From the NCBI GenBank assembly GCA_033762715.1, contig JANRLL010000007.1, positions 3,902-67,901 of the forward strand: a stretch of 64,000 nt of DNA, given 5' to 3'. How positions within the stretch are numbered: the stretch's first letter is position 1; each line of letters opens with the position of its first letter. The notes under the pieces are model-generated. The model saw only the letters and a program-made list of their open reading frames with translations, searched no databases and was not told where the DNA came from. Source of the DNA: Rickettsiales bacterium (GTDB taxonomy: Bacteria > Pseudomonadota > Alphaproteobacteria > Rickettsiales > SXRF01). Positions 47,380 through 60,407 of the stretch are shown here, in pieces. The position numbers and the translations under genes are program-made.

Positions 47380-47774
47380 TGAGAAATATCGCATCTAAAT
47401 TAATGCCTATTAATCCGGGTGCTATCCTTGAAAAAAGGGATGATTTCCCTGGGGCTGCCGCACTGGTGGATCTATTAAAACCCCATTATGATTTGGCAAT
47501 GCTTCATCTTCAACCGATGATTGCGTCGGAGACTATGAGTGCCGTTGAGCGACTGCAGCAAAAACTACCGGCGATTAATCTGCCTGATTCGTTGGCGGAA
47601 GAAGTACGGCGAAACCTGACCAGTCTGCAAGAAAGCGCTTTCCAGCTGGAAGCGGCAGACAAAATGGAGCGTGCAGAAGAAATACGTGAAGTAGCAGGTG
47701 TTATTGGCGATATGCTTGGTGTTATTGAAAAAACACAGCTCACAACCAAACGGGAAGGGCATGCACACTCATGA
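47379..47774 (+). CDS. hypothetical 131-aa protein encoded between the AHAS subunit genes
   Basis: Its ATG shares the A of the ilvB stop (TGATG at 47377-47381). Its stop overlaps the ilvN ATG (ATGA at 47771-47774). Predicted acidic and helical with no known motif. Confidence 0.55.
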   Translation: MRNIASKLMPINPGAILEKRDDFPGAAALVDLLKPHYDLAMLHLQPMIASETMSAVERLQQKLPAINLPDSLAEEVRRNLTSLQESAFQLEAADKMERAEEIREVAGVIGDMLGVIEKTQLTTKREGHAHS

Positions 47775-48323
47775 CCCAACAGGCTGATAGCATCATGGAT
47801 ATCGTCTATGATATTCCCAAACAATCGCAAGCCACCCGCAGCCATACGCTGGCCGTGCTGGTGGATAACGAATTTGGTGTATTGGCGCGGGTGATTGGCC
47901 TGTTTTCCGGTCGTGGTTACAACATTGAATCGCTGACGGTGGCCGAAGTCGATCACGAGGGTAAGCAATCGCGCATTACTATCGTCACCTCCGGTACAGA
48001 AAAAGTGATTGAGCAAATTAAGCGCCTACTTGAGCGCATGGTGCCGGTGCATCGCGTGCATGACCTCACAGTTGAAGGCGCGCATGTGGAGCGCGAGCTG
48101 GGCTTAGTCAAAGTGCGTGGTGATGCGCAGCAGATGGTGGAAGCGCTCAAAGTGGCCGATGTATTTCGCGCGCGCGTGGTGGATTCGACCACCGAATCGT
48201 TCGTGTTTGAAATTACCAGCGAATCCGAAAAAATCGATGCGTTCGTCGATCTGATGCGCCCACTCGGATTGGTTGAAATCTGCCGCACCGGAATTGCGGC
48301 TATGAGCCGCGGCAAAGACGGTA

Positions 48324-48334
<11 letters not shown>
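47771..48334 (+). CDS. ilvN: acetolactate synthase small (regulatory) subunit
   Basis: ACT domain HTLAVLVDNEFGVLARVIGLFSGRGYNIESLTVA. An alternative later start MDIVYD lies at 47795. Confidence 0.9.
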
Positions 48335-50703
<2,369 letters not shown>

Positions 50704-50722
50704 TTCCATTGCGACAGGTCAT

Positions 50723-50753
50723 AAAAAAGCCCGCCAGTTAGGTGGGCTTTTTT
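50723..50753. terminator. bidirectional intrinsic terminator between ilvC and the small convergent gene
   Basis: aaaaaagcccgcc-agtta-ggtgggctttttt. 8-bp GC-rich stem (one G-U) flanked by an A-run and a T-run. Confidence 0.75.
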
Positions 50754-50765
50754 AATGATACACTA

Positions 50766-51026
50766 TTAGTTATTTTTATAGTGCTTGTTCTTTTTGTGAT
50801 AGGCGCGATCGTCTGCACGGTTCACGCGACGTTCTGCGGCAGTCGTATCATCACCATCAGCGCGATAACGATATACGTCGCGCTCACGTTCGGTGAGTGT
50901 GCTGTATTCGATACCGTCTTTAATGCGATCATCATCACGGATATCTTTATTGAGCATACCGCCATTACCGGCAAATGCCGAAGTGGCTAACAAAGTAAAT
51001 ATTGAAGTAAGCACAAGTGTTTTCAT
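50766..51026 (-). CDS. small secreted highly charged protein
   Basis: Start trimmed to MKTLVLTSIFTLLATSAFA (signal peptide). The mature part is rich in Arg/Asp/Lys (RDDDRIKDG...RADDRAYHKKNKHYKNN). Confidence 0.5.
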   Translation of the reverse strand: MKTLVLTSIFTLLATSAFAGNGGMLNKDIRDDDRIKDGIEYSTLTERERDVYRYRADGDDTTAAERRVNRADDRAYHKKNKHYKNN

Positions 51027-51214
51027 AATAAATTCCTTTAAAAGGTTGGCAAATGGCATTGGGTTTTTGCAAGATAAATGCGCCTATTAGGTCACCACGA
51101 CCCACGTAAAAAAGCGATTGGGTTTACCCTGTGATCTAGAAAAATAACCATAAGCGGATAGTTGATTTCCCCCCATAATCCTTTATGTTAGCACTTCTTT
51201 CACAGTGAGCATCT

Positions 51215-52750
51215 ATGACCCAGAACCGCATTATCATTTTTGACACCACCTTACGTGACGGCGAACAATCGCCCGGCATGAGCATGAATCTAGAAGAAAA
51301 AATGCTGGTGGCCGAAGCGCTCGATGCGATGGGTGTGGACGTTATCGAGGCCGGTTTTGCGCAAGCATCGCAAGGCGATTTTGAGGCGATTCATGCAATT
51401 GCCGGGCGTATCAAAAATGCCGTGGTCTGTTCATTGGCGCGTGCGAAATCAGGCGATATTGAGCGAGCAGCCGAAGCGATTAAACCGGCCAAGCAAGGTC
51501 GTATCCATACCTTCATGTCGACCTCCGACATTCACCTCACCCACCAATATCGCATTGGTCGCGATAAATGTTTGGAGATGATTAAAGACAGCGTCACGCT
51601 CGCGCGCAAATTCACCGACAATGTGGAATGGTCGGCGATGGATGCTACGCGCACGGAAGCGGAGTTTTTGTGCCAGGCGGTGGAAGTAGCGATTAAAGCC
51701 GGTGCCACCACCGTGAATATCCCCGACACGGTAGGTTATGCCACACCGGATGATTACGGTGCGTTGATTGCAACCCTGCGCCAAAAAGTAAAAAATATCG
51801 ACAAGGTGATTATCTCAACCCACTGCCAAAACGATTTGGGTTTAGCAACGGCAAACTCGCTGGCTGCTGTGCGCAATGGCGCGCGTCAAATCGAATGCAC
51901 CATCAACGGCATTGGCGAGCGTGCCGGCAATACGGCGTTGGAAGAAGTGGTAATGGCAATCAAAACCCGCCACGACATGTATCCGTTTACGACCGGCATC
52001 AATACGACGCATTTAATTCGCGCCTCCCGCCTGGTGCAAAATATCACCGGCGCGCATGTGCAGGTGAATAAAGCAATTGTCGGTGCGAATGCGTTTGCGC
52101 ATGAATCGGGCATCCACCAAGACGGCGTGCTCAAACATGCCGGTACCTATGAAATCATGACGCCGGAATCGGTGGGTCTTACCAAATCGAACCTGGTGCT
52201 GGGTAAGCATTCAGGCCGCCATGCCTTTAAAGATAAGCTGGGCGAACTCGGCATTGAAATCGGTGATAACGCGTTGGAAGAAACCTTCCACCGTTTCAAA
52301 GAATTGGCCGATAAGAAAAAAGATATTTACGACGAAGATATTATCGCGCTGCTCGATAGCGAATCGCGTCGCGAAGATCCGATTCAGCTGCAATCGCTGC
52401 ATATCACCTGCGGTACGGTGGGCCCGCAAACGGCGATGCTGTCTTTGCGCGTAAACGGCGAAATTCGCCGCGCAACCGTGGAAGGAAACGGGCCGATCGA
52501 TGCGACGTTTAATGCGATTAAAGCCTTGGTGCCGCATCATGCGAGCCTAGTGCTGTATCAGGTGAATGCGATTACCAAAGGTACGGATGCGCAGGCAGAA
52601 GTAACGGTGCGCTTGGAAACGCCAGAAGGCAAAACCATCAACGGTCATGGCTCCAATATAGACACCATGGTCGCATCGGCGACAGCCTATATCAGCGCGC
52701 TTTGCCGCCTGCTACAAACGCAAGATCGCCTGAATTTGCTGACTCAGTAA
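51215..52750 (+). CDS. leuA: 2-isopropylmalate synthase
   Basis: N-terminus IIIFDTTLRDGEQSPG. HxH region THCQNDLGLATANSLAAV. C-terminal LeuA dimerisation/regulatory domain. 511 aa. Confidence 0.95.
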   Translation: MTQNRIIIFDTTLRDGEQSPGMSMNLEEKMLVAEALDAMGVDVIEAGFAQASQGDFEAIHAIAGRIKNAVVCSLARAKSGDIERAAEAIKPAKQGRIHTFMSTSDIHLTHQYRIGRDKCLEMIKDSVTLARKFTDNVEWSAMDATRTEAEFLCQAVEVAIKAGATTVNIPDTVGYATPDDYGALIATLRQKVKNIDKVIISTHCQNDLGLATANSLAAVRNGARQIECTINGIGERAGNTALEEVVMAIKTRHDMYPFTTGINTTHLIRASRLVQNITGAHVQVNKAIVGANAFAHESGIHQDGVLKHAGTYEIMTPESVGLTKSNLVLGKHSGRHAFKDKLGELGIEIGDNALEETFHRFKELADKKKDIYDEDIIALLDSESRREDPIQLQSLHITCGTVGPQTAMLSLRVNGEIRRATVEGNGPIDATFNAIKALVPHHASLVLYQVNAITKGTDAQAEVTVRLETPEGKTINGHGSNIDTMVASATAYISALCRLLQTQDRLNLLTQ

Positions 52751-54249
52751 TGGCGGGTCTTTCCCAAGTCATTGTCTATCTGAAGCGTGGTGGCGATGCC
52801 ATGTGCTGCGTGTCGGGCAGAGCAAACGGCCGCGCCCATAAACCCATTAAATTGACGGTTGCACGCATCGCCGGCAAATTGCACGCGCCCGCCGCAGACG
52901 GGGTCGGGTAAGGATTCCATGTTGATATATTGGTTGGGTGCGGGGCATACGTAGCTGTTCGGCCAGCGCATGATAATCGGTTCTTTATTGGCAAATATGT
53001 CGCTAGCCGCCATGCCGCCGAGCATGGTGCTATAGGCGTGCTTGATGCCGTCTACGAGTTTTTCTTCGTCCATAGAGAAGGCAGCCTGCTCGCCAACGAA
53101 ACATGTCAGGATGCTATGCGGGCCGCGCTGGGTTATCCAGCAATGCTGCAGATACGGGTTATCTGTGCAGAACACGCCATTGGGGGCAGGTGTTAGCGGT
53201 AATTTTTTCCACGGCTCATCTTTTAACTCCAGCATCACTTTTTTGTGGCAGCCATAACCAACATTTTGCATCAAGCGCCATTGCTTGTCGGGCATCATAG
53301 CCTGTAGGCCCTCTAGTTTTTTCATACGGGGCATAGGTAGCGTCAAGATAACGCCATCCACCGGTATGGAGCCTTTATTAAAATGCAAATCCACACCCGG
53401 CCATTTTTTATCCGTCGACTCGCTGATGCCTTGCAATTGATAGTTGAGGTGAAAATGGACACCGCTTGCTTCCAAATATTCGTGCAGCCTACGCGTTAAT
53501 TGCGAGGTGCCGCCTTTGATGCGCAGTGATTCATCACTGTTGCCATATACAAAAAAACCATCACCGTTGGGTAGGCGCGAGGGGTCGAACCCATTGACAA
53601 ATGCCAAGGCCGATATTTTTTTAGGGTTTTTGCCCAGCTCGGATTGGTATGCTTTTTTGATAAACGCAATCAGTTCGGGCGGCGTATTGGTCCGCGTGCC
53701 GACCGTGTCGAGATATTCATCCAGCGACATGCTGTCTAATTGTTTGGCATAAGGTGACCAGTCAAGGCGTGGGTTCTTTTTTTGTTTGTGCAATTTTTCT
53801 GGCGTCAGACTGCGGGAATGGTCTTTAACGATTTCATCGAATAGTGCCTTGGCGCCCCCATCATGGAGCAAATCCAGCGGGCTGTACAGATTTCCTTTGA
53901 TATAATAATAATCCTCTGCGGGGTCATCGGGGATTCCGATATCTTCCATCTCCAACCCTAATTCGTTTGCCAGCTTGATCAGTTCGCTCTGCGCCGAATC
54001 GATCAACTCAGCGCCGCCCTCCAAATAACCGCCATGATCAAACGGGTCTTCGATCGTATAAATGCGGCCACCCAAATAATTATTGGCTTCATAGATATGG
54101 ATTTCGGGAGGTGGTGTTTGTTTGGAGGTGGATTTCAACAAACGGTAGGCGGAAGCAAGCCCAGCAATGCCACCGCCGACAATAGCGATATTTTTGGGAG
54201 TGGCGAGTGACGGTTTGGGCGTGAACTTGTGGATGACTTTGTATGCCAT
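52744..54249 (-). CDS. flavin-containing amine oxidase family protein (monoamine / L-amino-acid oxidase-like)
   Basis: N-terminal dinucleotide fold KNIAIVGGGIAGLASAYRL...HIYEANNYLGGR. C-terminal FAGDA FAD-contact motif. No signal peptide seen. Confidence 0.78.
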   Translation of the reverse strand: MAYKVIHKFTPKPSLATPKNIAIVGGGIAGLASAYRLLKSTSKQTPPPEIHIYEANNYLGGRIYTIEDPFDHGGYLEGGAELIDSAQSELIKLANELGLEMEDIGIPDDPAEDYYYIKGNLYSPLDLLHDGGAKALFDEIVKDHSRSLTPEKLHKQKKNPRLDWSPYAKQLDSMSLDEYLDTVGTRTNTPPELIAFIKKAYQSELGKNPKKISALAFVNGFDPSRLPNGDGFFVYGNSDESLRIKGGTSQLTRRLHEYLEASGVHFHLNYQLQGISESTDKKWPGVDLHFNKGSIPVDGVILTLPMPRMKKLEGLQAMMPDKQWRLMQNVGYGCHKKVMLELKDEPWKKLPLTPAPNGVFCTDNPYLQHCWITQRGPHSILTCFVGEQAAFSMDEEKLVDGIKHAYSTMLGGMAASDIFANKEPIIMRWPNSYVCPAPNQYINMESLPDPVCGGRVQFAGDACNRQFNGFMGAAVCSARHAAHGIATTLQIDNDLGKTRHY

Positions 54250-54397
54250 AAGCTAAATTGTAGCTTTTATTTACTACTTAAACATAAAAATTTACGATCA
54301 TTAACTATATTATTAGTAAAAGGTTGTTTTCTCAACCAATTAACTTATTGCCTTATGCGTAATGATCGCGCTAAAACTAGTGGGTATAGTTTACTAA

Positions 54398-55459
<1,062 letters not shown>

Positions 55460-55529
55460 TTAAGCCAGCGGTTGCATCTTACCGTTGTTAACGATATTTT
55501 GACCCCTTATCGTTAACATCAATTAACCT

Positions 55530-56984
55530 ATGGCGCTGACCTTATCTCATACGCTTTTTGAACCCTATCCACAGACATTTCGTGTGGTGCGTCGCCCGTT
55601 CATGTTGAATGCGGCGCTGGTTACGCAATCACGTTATTCGACTTCTGATGGCACCATTGTCAACGGCAAGCTGATCAACCATTACGAAAATAAAATGGCG
55701 GATAAACAGCTGAGCGAAAAAGATGTATTTATCGGCATTCCTGGTTTTAAAAGCCTCGATTTTCTGGCGCTGATCGGACAAAAGCATCAACGTTATAAAC
55801 AGGCGGTGCTCTGTGATATGAACGAGCATCAGGTGGCGATTCAAAATGACATTTTTAAACTGATTGCGGCTCACGAGACGCCAGAAGGATTTGCCCAAGC
55901 TTTTGCCGATCGCTATGAGTCCTATGCGCAGCCGCCAGCGCCAGGCACTGAAAGTTATAAGGCCTATGAGAAAATATCGCCGGAAGAGCGCCGTGAATTT
56001 TTAACCGCCTTTGGCAGCATGTATCAGCCCGGCACCAAGGACCAGCTAGAGGGCCATATGCAACGCCTGGCGCATGGCTTTGACTGTTCGTGGCTACAAC
56101 CTAACAATTACCAGGCGATTCGCGAGATGGTGCTCAGTGGCTCGATTGCAACCGTCATTCTTGATTTGCGTGACAGCAAACGCATGAACCTGCTGCATGA
56201 CTCGCTTGAAGAGCAGGGGCTACGTGTGAACGATGTTTATATTTCCTCAGCTATGGATTTTATCGATCCCCATCTTAAAACCGACTATTACAGTAAGAAT
56301 GATTCGTCGATTAAATCCGGCCATGATTTTTGCGAAAACCTGCTGGCGTTGGGCGATGACCGTACCAATTATATTGTCTCAAAAGCCATTGGCACTTCGC
56401 CTATTTTGCAAAGCTATCAGATAGAAAACATGTCGCCCGAGCAGCTGCTTGCTGCCAAAGAGGCGTTACCGCAAATCGGTGAGAACATTCCTTGGCAGGA
56501 TAAAGATTGCTCGCTGCTATTTAGCGCCGGCAATCAGGTGTGGCGGCTTTGCTCGTTTCATGTGATGGAGCCTGTCAAAGCCCAGGACGGTGAATTAGCA
56601 GATGAACACGGCAATCGGATTAAAGAGGATGGCACGCCGGTCTTGCGGGCAGTGCCAGGCAGTAAATATTACCGAATTTTCTCGGAATTACCGCATGATA
56701 ACAGCAACATCCATGAGGAATGCGCGGATATTAACGCAACCTTAGCCGCGCATCCCGCGGTTCGGGTTCTGCCCAACGCGCCTGATGCACGCTCAGAAGA
56801 CGAAATCTATTTTCAGCAAAACAGCGCCGAAGAACCCAGCGCGGGCGAACGCAGGCTGGGCATATATTACGGCCATATATCGAGCCAGACCTTCCGGCTT
56901 AATGAAGGGGCGAACCGCGGCTCGTTGGATGCAATCGTAAGTGCCGTTCAGTCTAGGCTTAGCGAATATAATCGTGGCCTATAA
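55530..56984 (+). CDS. hypothetical 484-aa protein inserted between mreB and mreC
   Basis: Long uninterrupted ORF with no signal peptide or TM segment and no motif I can assign. Possible weak hairpin plus T-run downstream (57016-57040). Confidence 0.6.
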   Translation: MALTLSHTLFEPYPQTFRVVRRPFMLNAALVTQSRYSTSDGTIVNGKLINHYENKMADKQLSEKDVFIGIPGFKSLDFLALIGQKHQRYKQAVLCDMNEHQVAIQNDIFKLIAAHETPEGFAQAFADRYESYAQPPAPGTESYKAYEKISPEERREFLTAFGSMYQPGTKDQLEGHMQRLAHGFDCSWLQPNNYQAIREMVLSGSIATVILDLRDSKRMNLLHDSLEEQGLRVNDVYISSAMDFIDPHLKTDYYSKNDSSIKSGHDFCENLLALGDDRTNYIVSKAIGTSPILQSYQIENMSPEQLLAAKEALPQIGENIPWQDKDCSLLFSAGNQVWRLCSFHVMEPVKAQDGELADEHGNRIKEDGTPVLRAVPGSKYYRIFSELPHDNSNIHEECADINATLAAHPAVRVLPNAPDARSEDEIYFQQNSAEEPSAGERRLGIYYGHISSQTFRLNEGANRGSLDAIVSAVQSRLSEYNRGL

Positions 56985-57116
56985 CTTATTCACAATTTTT
57001 TAATAGCCTCGTCGTAAAATGGAATAAGGTGCCATTTTTTGGTTGCGAGAGCGTGATCAAAACGACAATATGGCGTATAAAGATTTGATAAATTTTCGTA
57101 ATTACGGCATAGGGCA

Positions 57117-57947
57117 ATGGCCAGCAGACGCGCAAAACATCGCTACCTGACGCTTCCGAACAAGCTGTGGCTACAGCGTGCGACGCTGCTGTTGCTGCTC
57201 ACCGGTGGCTGCGTGTTGCTTGTGATGTCCAAAAGCAATAATCCTCATTCGCAGCGCTTGCGCACAGCCATTACCGATGTGATGGCGCCGGTGCTATCGG
57301 TGCTTTCCCGTCCGGTGGATGCAGTGAGTGATGCGGGCGCATGGGTGCGCGAAATTGCTTACGTACGCGCTGAAAATCTGGCGCTTAAGAAAGAACATGC
57401 TGAATTGCTGAAATGGCAGGCCGCCGCTAAAGACATGCAGGCGGAAAATGATTCGCTGCGCAGTCTGCTTAAAGTCGTGCCGCCGCAAACCAAAGCTTAT
57501 ATTACTGCGCGCATCGTATCTGATATTGGCGGGCCATACGTTCAAGCAGCGTTGATCAGTGCTGGTCATGATGACGGCATGAAGAAAGATTTGGCGGTGA
57601 TTAATGATAATGGCCTGGTGGGCCGCACCATCGATATTGGCGAACATAGCAGCCGCGTGCTGCTGCTGAATGATATTAATTCACGCGTGCCGGTGGTGGC
57701 TGAAAAAACCCGTGAGAAATCCATTCTGGCCGGCAATAACCATGGTCTGCCCAAACTCTCTTACCTGGTTACCAATAGCAAAATCCAGGTGGGTGAGCGC
57801 ATTATCACCTCGGGTGATGGCGGCGTATTTCCAGCCGGTATTCCGGTTGGGGTAGTGGTTGCTGCTGACAATGGCGATATTCGCGTGCAGCCGTTCGTTG
57901 ACCCGGCTTCTATCGATTATGTCACGGCCATCGATTACGACTTCTAG
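57117..57947 (+). CDS. mreC: rod shape-determining protein MreC
   Basis: N-terminal TM and a coiled-coil (ENLALKKEHAELLKWQAAAKDMQAEN). Beta-rich domain with GLVGRT and ITSGDGGVFPAGIPVG. Confidence 0.85.
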   Translation: MASRRAKHRYLTLPNKLWLQRATLLLLLTGGCVLLVMSKSNNPHSQRLRTAITDVMAPVLSVLSRPVDAVSDAGAWVREIAYVRAENLALKKEHAELLKWQAAAKDMQAENDSLRSLLKVVPPQTKAYITARIVSDIGGPYVQAALISAGHDDGMKKDLAVINDNGLVGRTIDIGEHSSRVLLLNDINSRVPVVAEKTREKSILAGNNHGLPKLSYLVTNSKIQVGERIITSGDGGVFPAGIPVGVVVAADNGDIRVQPFVDPASIDYVTAIDYDF

Positions 57948-57950
57948 TCT

Positions 57951-58481
57951 GTGACGAGTTCCAAAAAGCGTATTGAAATGTGGCTCCTGGCGGCACTGCC
58001 TGGCCTAATCACTTTACTGCTGCTCGCGCTTTACGTGATGCCCAAACATATCACCGGTCTTTCGGGTGTGATGCCGTTGCTTCCGTTGCTTCCCATCTAT
58101 CATTGGGGCATGCAGCAACGCGATATGCCCTACTGGTTCGTCTTTATAGTGGGGCTGGTTTTAGATGCGCTGGCCGGCCATTGGATGGGGTTTATGGCGC
58201 TGTCGCTGTTGATGTTTTTAGTGGTGGTACGTACCCAGCGCAAATATATCCATAAAGAAGGCTTCGTTATCAAATGGGGCTATTTCGCCCTGCTGCTGTT
58301 TGGGATGTTATTTTTGCACTGGCTGGTGACCTCGATTGCGCACGACCGTGTCGAACATATCCTACCGCCCTTGGTGCAATGGCTACTGACGGTGATGCTC
58401 TACCCGCCGCTTTATACGCTCTTTGACCGGTTGCAGGAATATAGTGGCCGCAAACGTTGGCGCTATATCCATGGGTTGTGA
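57951..58481 (+). CDS. mreD: rod shape-determining protein MreD
   Basis: 176 aa, multi-TM, directly after mreC. GTG start per the ORF track. Confidence 0.7.
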   Translation: MTSSKKRIEMWLLAALPGLITLLLLALYVMPKHITGLSGVMPLLPLLPIYHWGMQQRDMPYWFVFIVGLVLDALAGHWMGFMALSLLMFLVVVRTQRKYIHKEGFVIKWGYFALLLFGMLFLHWLVTSIAHDRVEHILPPLVQWLLTVMLYPPLYTLFDRLQEYSGRKRWRYIHGL

Positions 58482-58544
58482 GTAGGTGACATCCCCTCCC
58501 AGGCTGTTATAACCACATAATGATCCATCGCTTTTCTAAAACAC

Positions 58545-60365
58545 ATGCCTAAAGAGACAACGAAACAACGCACCTTTTCGCGCCGCGCGGTCATTTTTGG
58601 CGGCGTGCAGATGCTAGCATTTACGGCCTTGTCCGGCCGGCTGTTTTATTTGCAGTTTATCAAGGCCGATGAATATCAGACCTTGTCTGAGAATAACCGC
58701 ATCAAGCTGCAATTGCTCTCGCCCGAGCGCGGCCATATTTTTGATCGCAATGGTTTGAAGCTGGCGGAAAATGAAAAAAATTACCGGCTGTTTATCGATT
58801 ATAGCGGCCTCACCCAAGACGCTTTTCACGACAGCATCGAGCAGCTGCAACAGCTCATGCCGCTGCCGGAGAAAAAATACAAACAGTTGCTGGCGCGTAA
58901 AGTCACTTCGGCTGCGATGCCGGAATTGCTCAAAGAACATATGAGCTGGGAAGAAGTATCGCTGATTGAGCTGCATCAGCTATCGCTGTCGGGTGTATAT
59001 GTGGATGTGGGGCAAACGCGACATTACCCGCTTACCGAGAAAGCCGCGCATCTGATCGGCTTTGTCGGCACTGTGTCAAAAACCGATGTCGAATCGGGTG
59101 ATGAAGACGAAGCACTATTGCGCCTGCCGGAATTTAAAATCGGCAAAAACGGCGTGGAACATATGCTGGAAAAAGACCTGCGCGGTACAGCCGGCATTCG
59201 GCAAATTGAGGTGAACGTGCATGGCGTGCCGATTCGTGATGTGGGGCGCACCGACAGCATTCCTGGTCAGGATATGTATTTGACCATCGATCAGCGCCTG
59301 CAGGATTATGCCGCTGAGTTGATCAAGGATGAAAGTGCCGCGGTGGTGGTGATGGAAGTCGATACTGGCAATATTCTGACGCTTGCATCGATGCCCGCTT
59401 TTGAGCCGGATATTTTCAGCAAAGGCATTACCAACGATATTTGGAAAGTGCTCAATAGCAATAAAAAGAACCCGCTGCTGAATAAAGCCATCAGTGGCCA
59501 ATACCCACCTGGCTCTACTTTTAAAATGATGGTGGGTATGGCGGGGCTGGAAGCAGGGGTTATCAACCCATCTTCTACCGTCTATTGCCCTGGTTATTTT
59601 AGCCTAGGAAGCCATACGTTTAATTGCTGGAAAGAAGGCGGCCATGGCACCATGGATTATCACCATGCGGTCGAACAATCCTGCGATACGTTTTTCTATA
59701 CCGTGGCCGATCGGTTGGGCGTGGAGAAATATAACAACCTGGTGCGGGTGACGCATGAATGCGGCCTAGGCGAGCTGCATAATATTGGCATTATTGGTGA
59801 GAAGCCTGGTGTTATTCCGGATCCGAAATGGAAACAGGCGCGCTATAAACAACGTTGGACTGGCGGGGATACGATCAACGCTTCGATTGGGCAAGGTTAC
59901 GTGTTATCCACCCCCTTGCAGCTTGCGGTGATGGCAGCGCGCATTGCCGGCGGCACAAAAGTCGAGCCACGTCTCATTGTGCCCAAGGGCGAGGAACAGC
60001 CCCGGTATGAACCGCTTAAAATCAAGCAAGAATGGCTGGATCTCACTCGCGATGCAATGGCTGATGTGGTCAATAGCCCTAGCGGCACCGCTTACGGCAA
60101 ACGCATTGCTGAGCCTCCATATGAATTTGCCGGCAAAACCGGCACCTCGCAGGTGCGCAAAATTACGCAGCGCGGCGTCAATCAAAACACCTTGCCCTGG
60201 GAGTTTCGCCATCATGCGCTCTTTGTCGGCTATGCGCCGCTGGATAAACCTAAATATGCGGTGTGCGTCGTGGTTGAGCACGGCGGCGGCGGCTCGGCGG
60301 CGGCAGCACCGGTTGCGCGCGATGTGTTATTAAAAATCCAGCAGTTGGATGCAAAAAAAAGCTAG
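58545..60365 (+). CDS. mrdA: penicillin-binding protein 2 (elongasome transpeptidase)
   Basis: N-terminal anchor and PBP dimerisation domain. Transpeptidase motifs GSTFK and KTGTSQ. Confidence 0.9.
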   Translation: MPKETTKQRTFSRRAVIFGGVQMLAFTALSGRLFYLQFIKADEYQTLSENNRIKLQLLSPERGHIFDRNGLKLAENEKNYRLFIDYSGLTQDAFHDSIEQLQQLMPLPEKKYKQLLARKVTSAAMPELLKEHMSWEEVSLIELHQLSLSGVYVDVGQTRHYPLTEKAAHLIGFVGTVSKTDVESGDEDEALLRLPEFKIGKNGVEHMLEKDLRGTAGIRQIEVNVHGVPIRDVGRTDSIPGQDMYLTIDQRLQDYAAELIKDESAAVVVMEVDTGNILTLASMPAFEPDIFSKGITNDIWKVLNSNKKNPLLNKAISGQYPPGSTFKMMVGMAGLEAGVINPSSTVYCPGYFSLGSHTFNCWKEGGHGTMDYHHAVEQSCDTFFYTVADRLGVEKYNNLVRVTHECGLGELHNIGIIGEKPGVIPDPKWKQARYKQRWTGGDTINASIGQGYVLSTPLQLAVMAARIAGGTKVEPRLIVPKGEEQPRYEPLKIKQEWLDLTRDAMADVVNSPSGTAYGKRIAEPPYEFAGKTGTSQVRKITQRGVNQNTLPWEFRHHALFVGYAPLDKPKYAVCVVVEHGGGGSAAAAPVARDVLLKIQQLDAKKS

Positions 60366-60384
60366 GGTGAAAACCCTAGCTTTT
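60353..60384. terminator. bidirectional intrinsic terminator between mrdA and dksA
   Basis: aaaaaaaa-gctaggg-tgaaaa-ccctagc-tttt. The 7-bp stem includes the mrdA stop codon. Confidence 0.7.
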
Positions 60385-60407
60385 AAAGTCTTGATTAGAA
60401 TAGGGGA

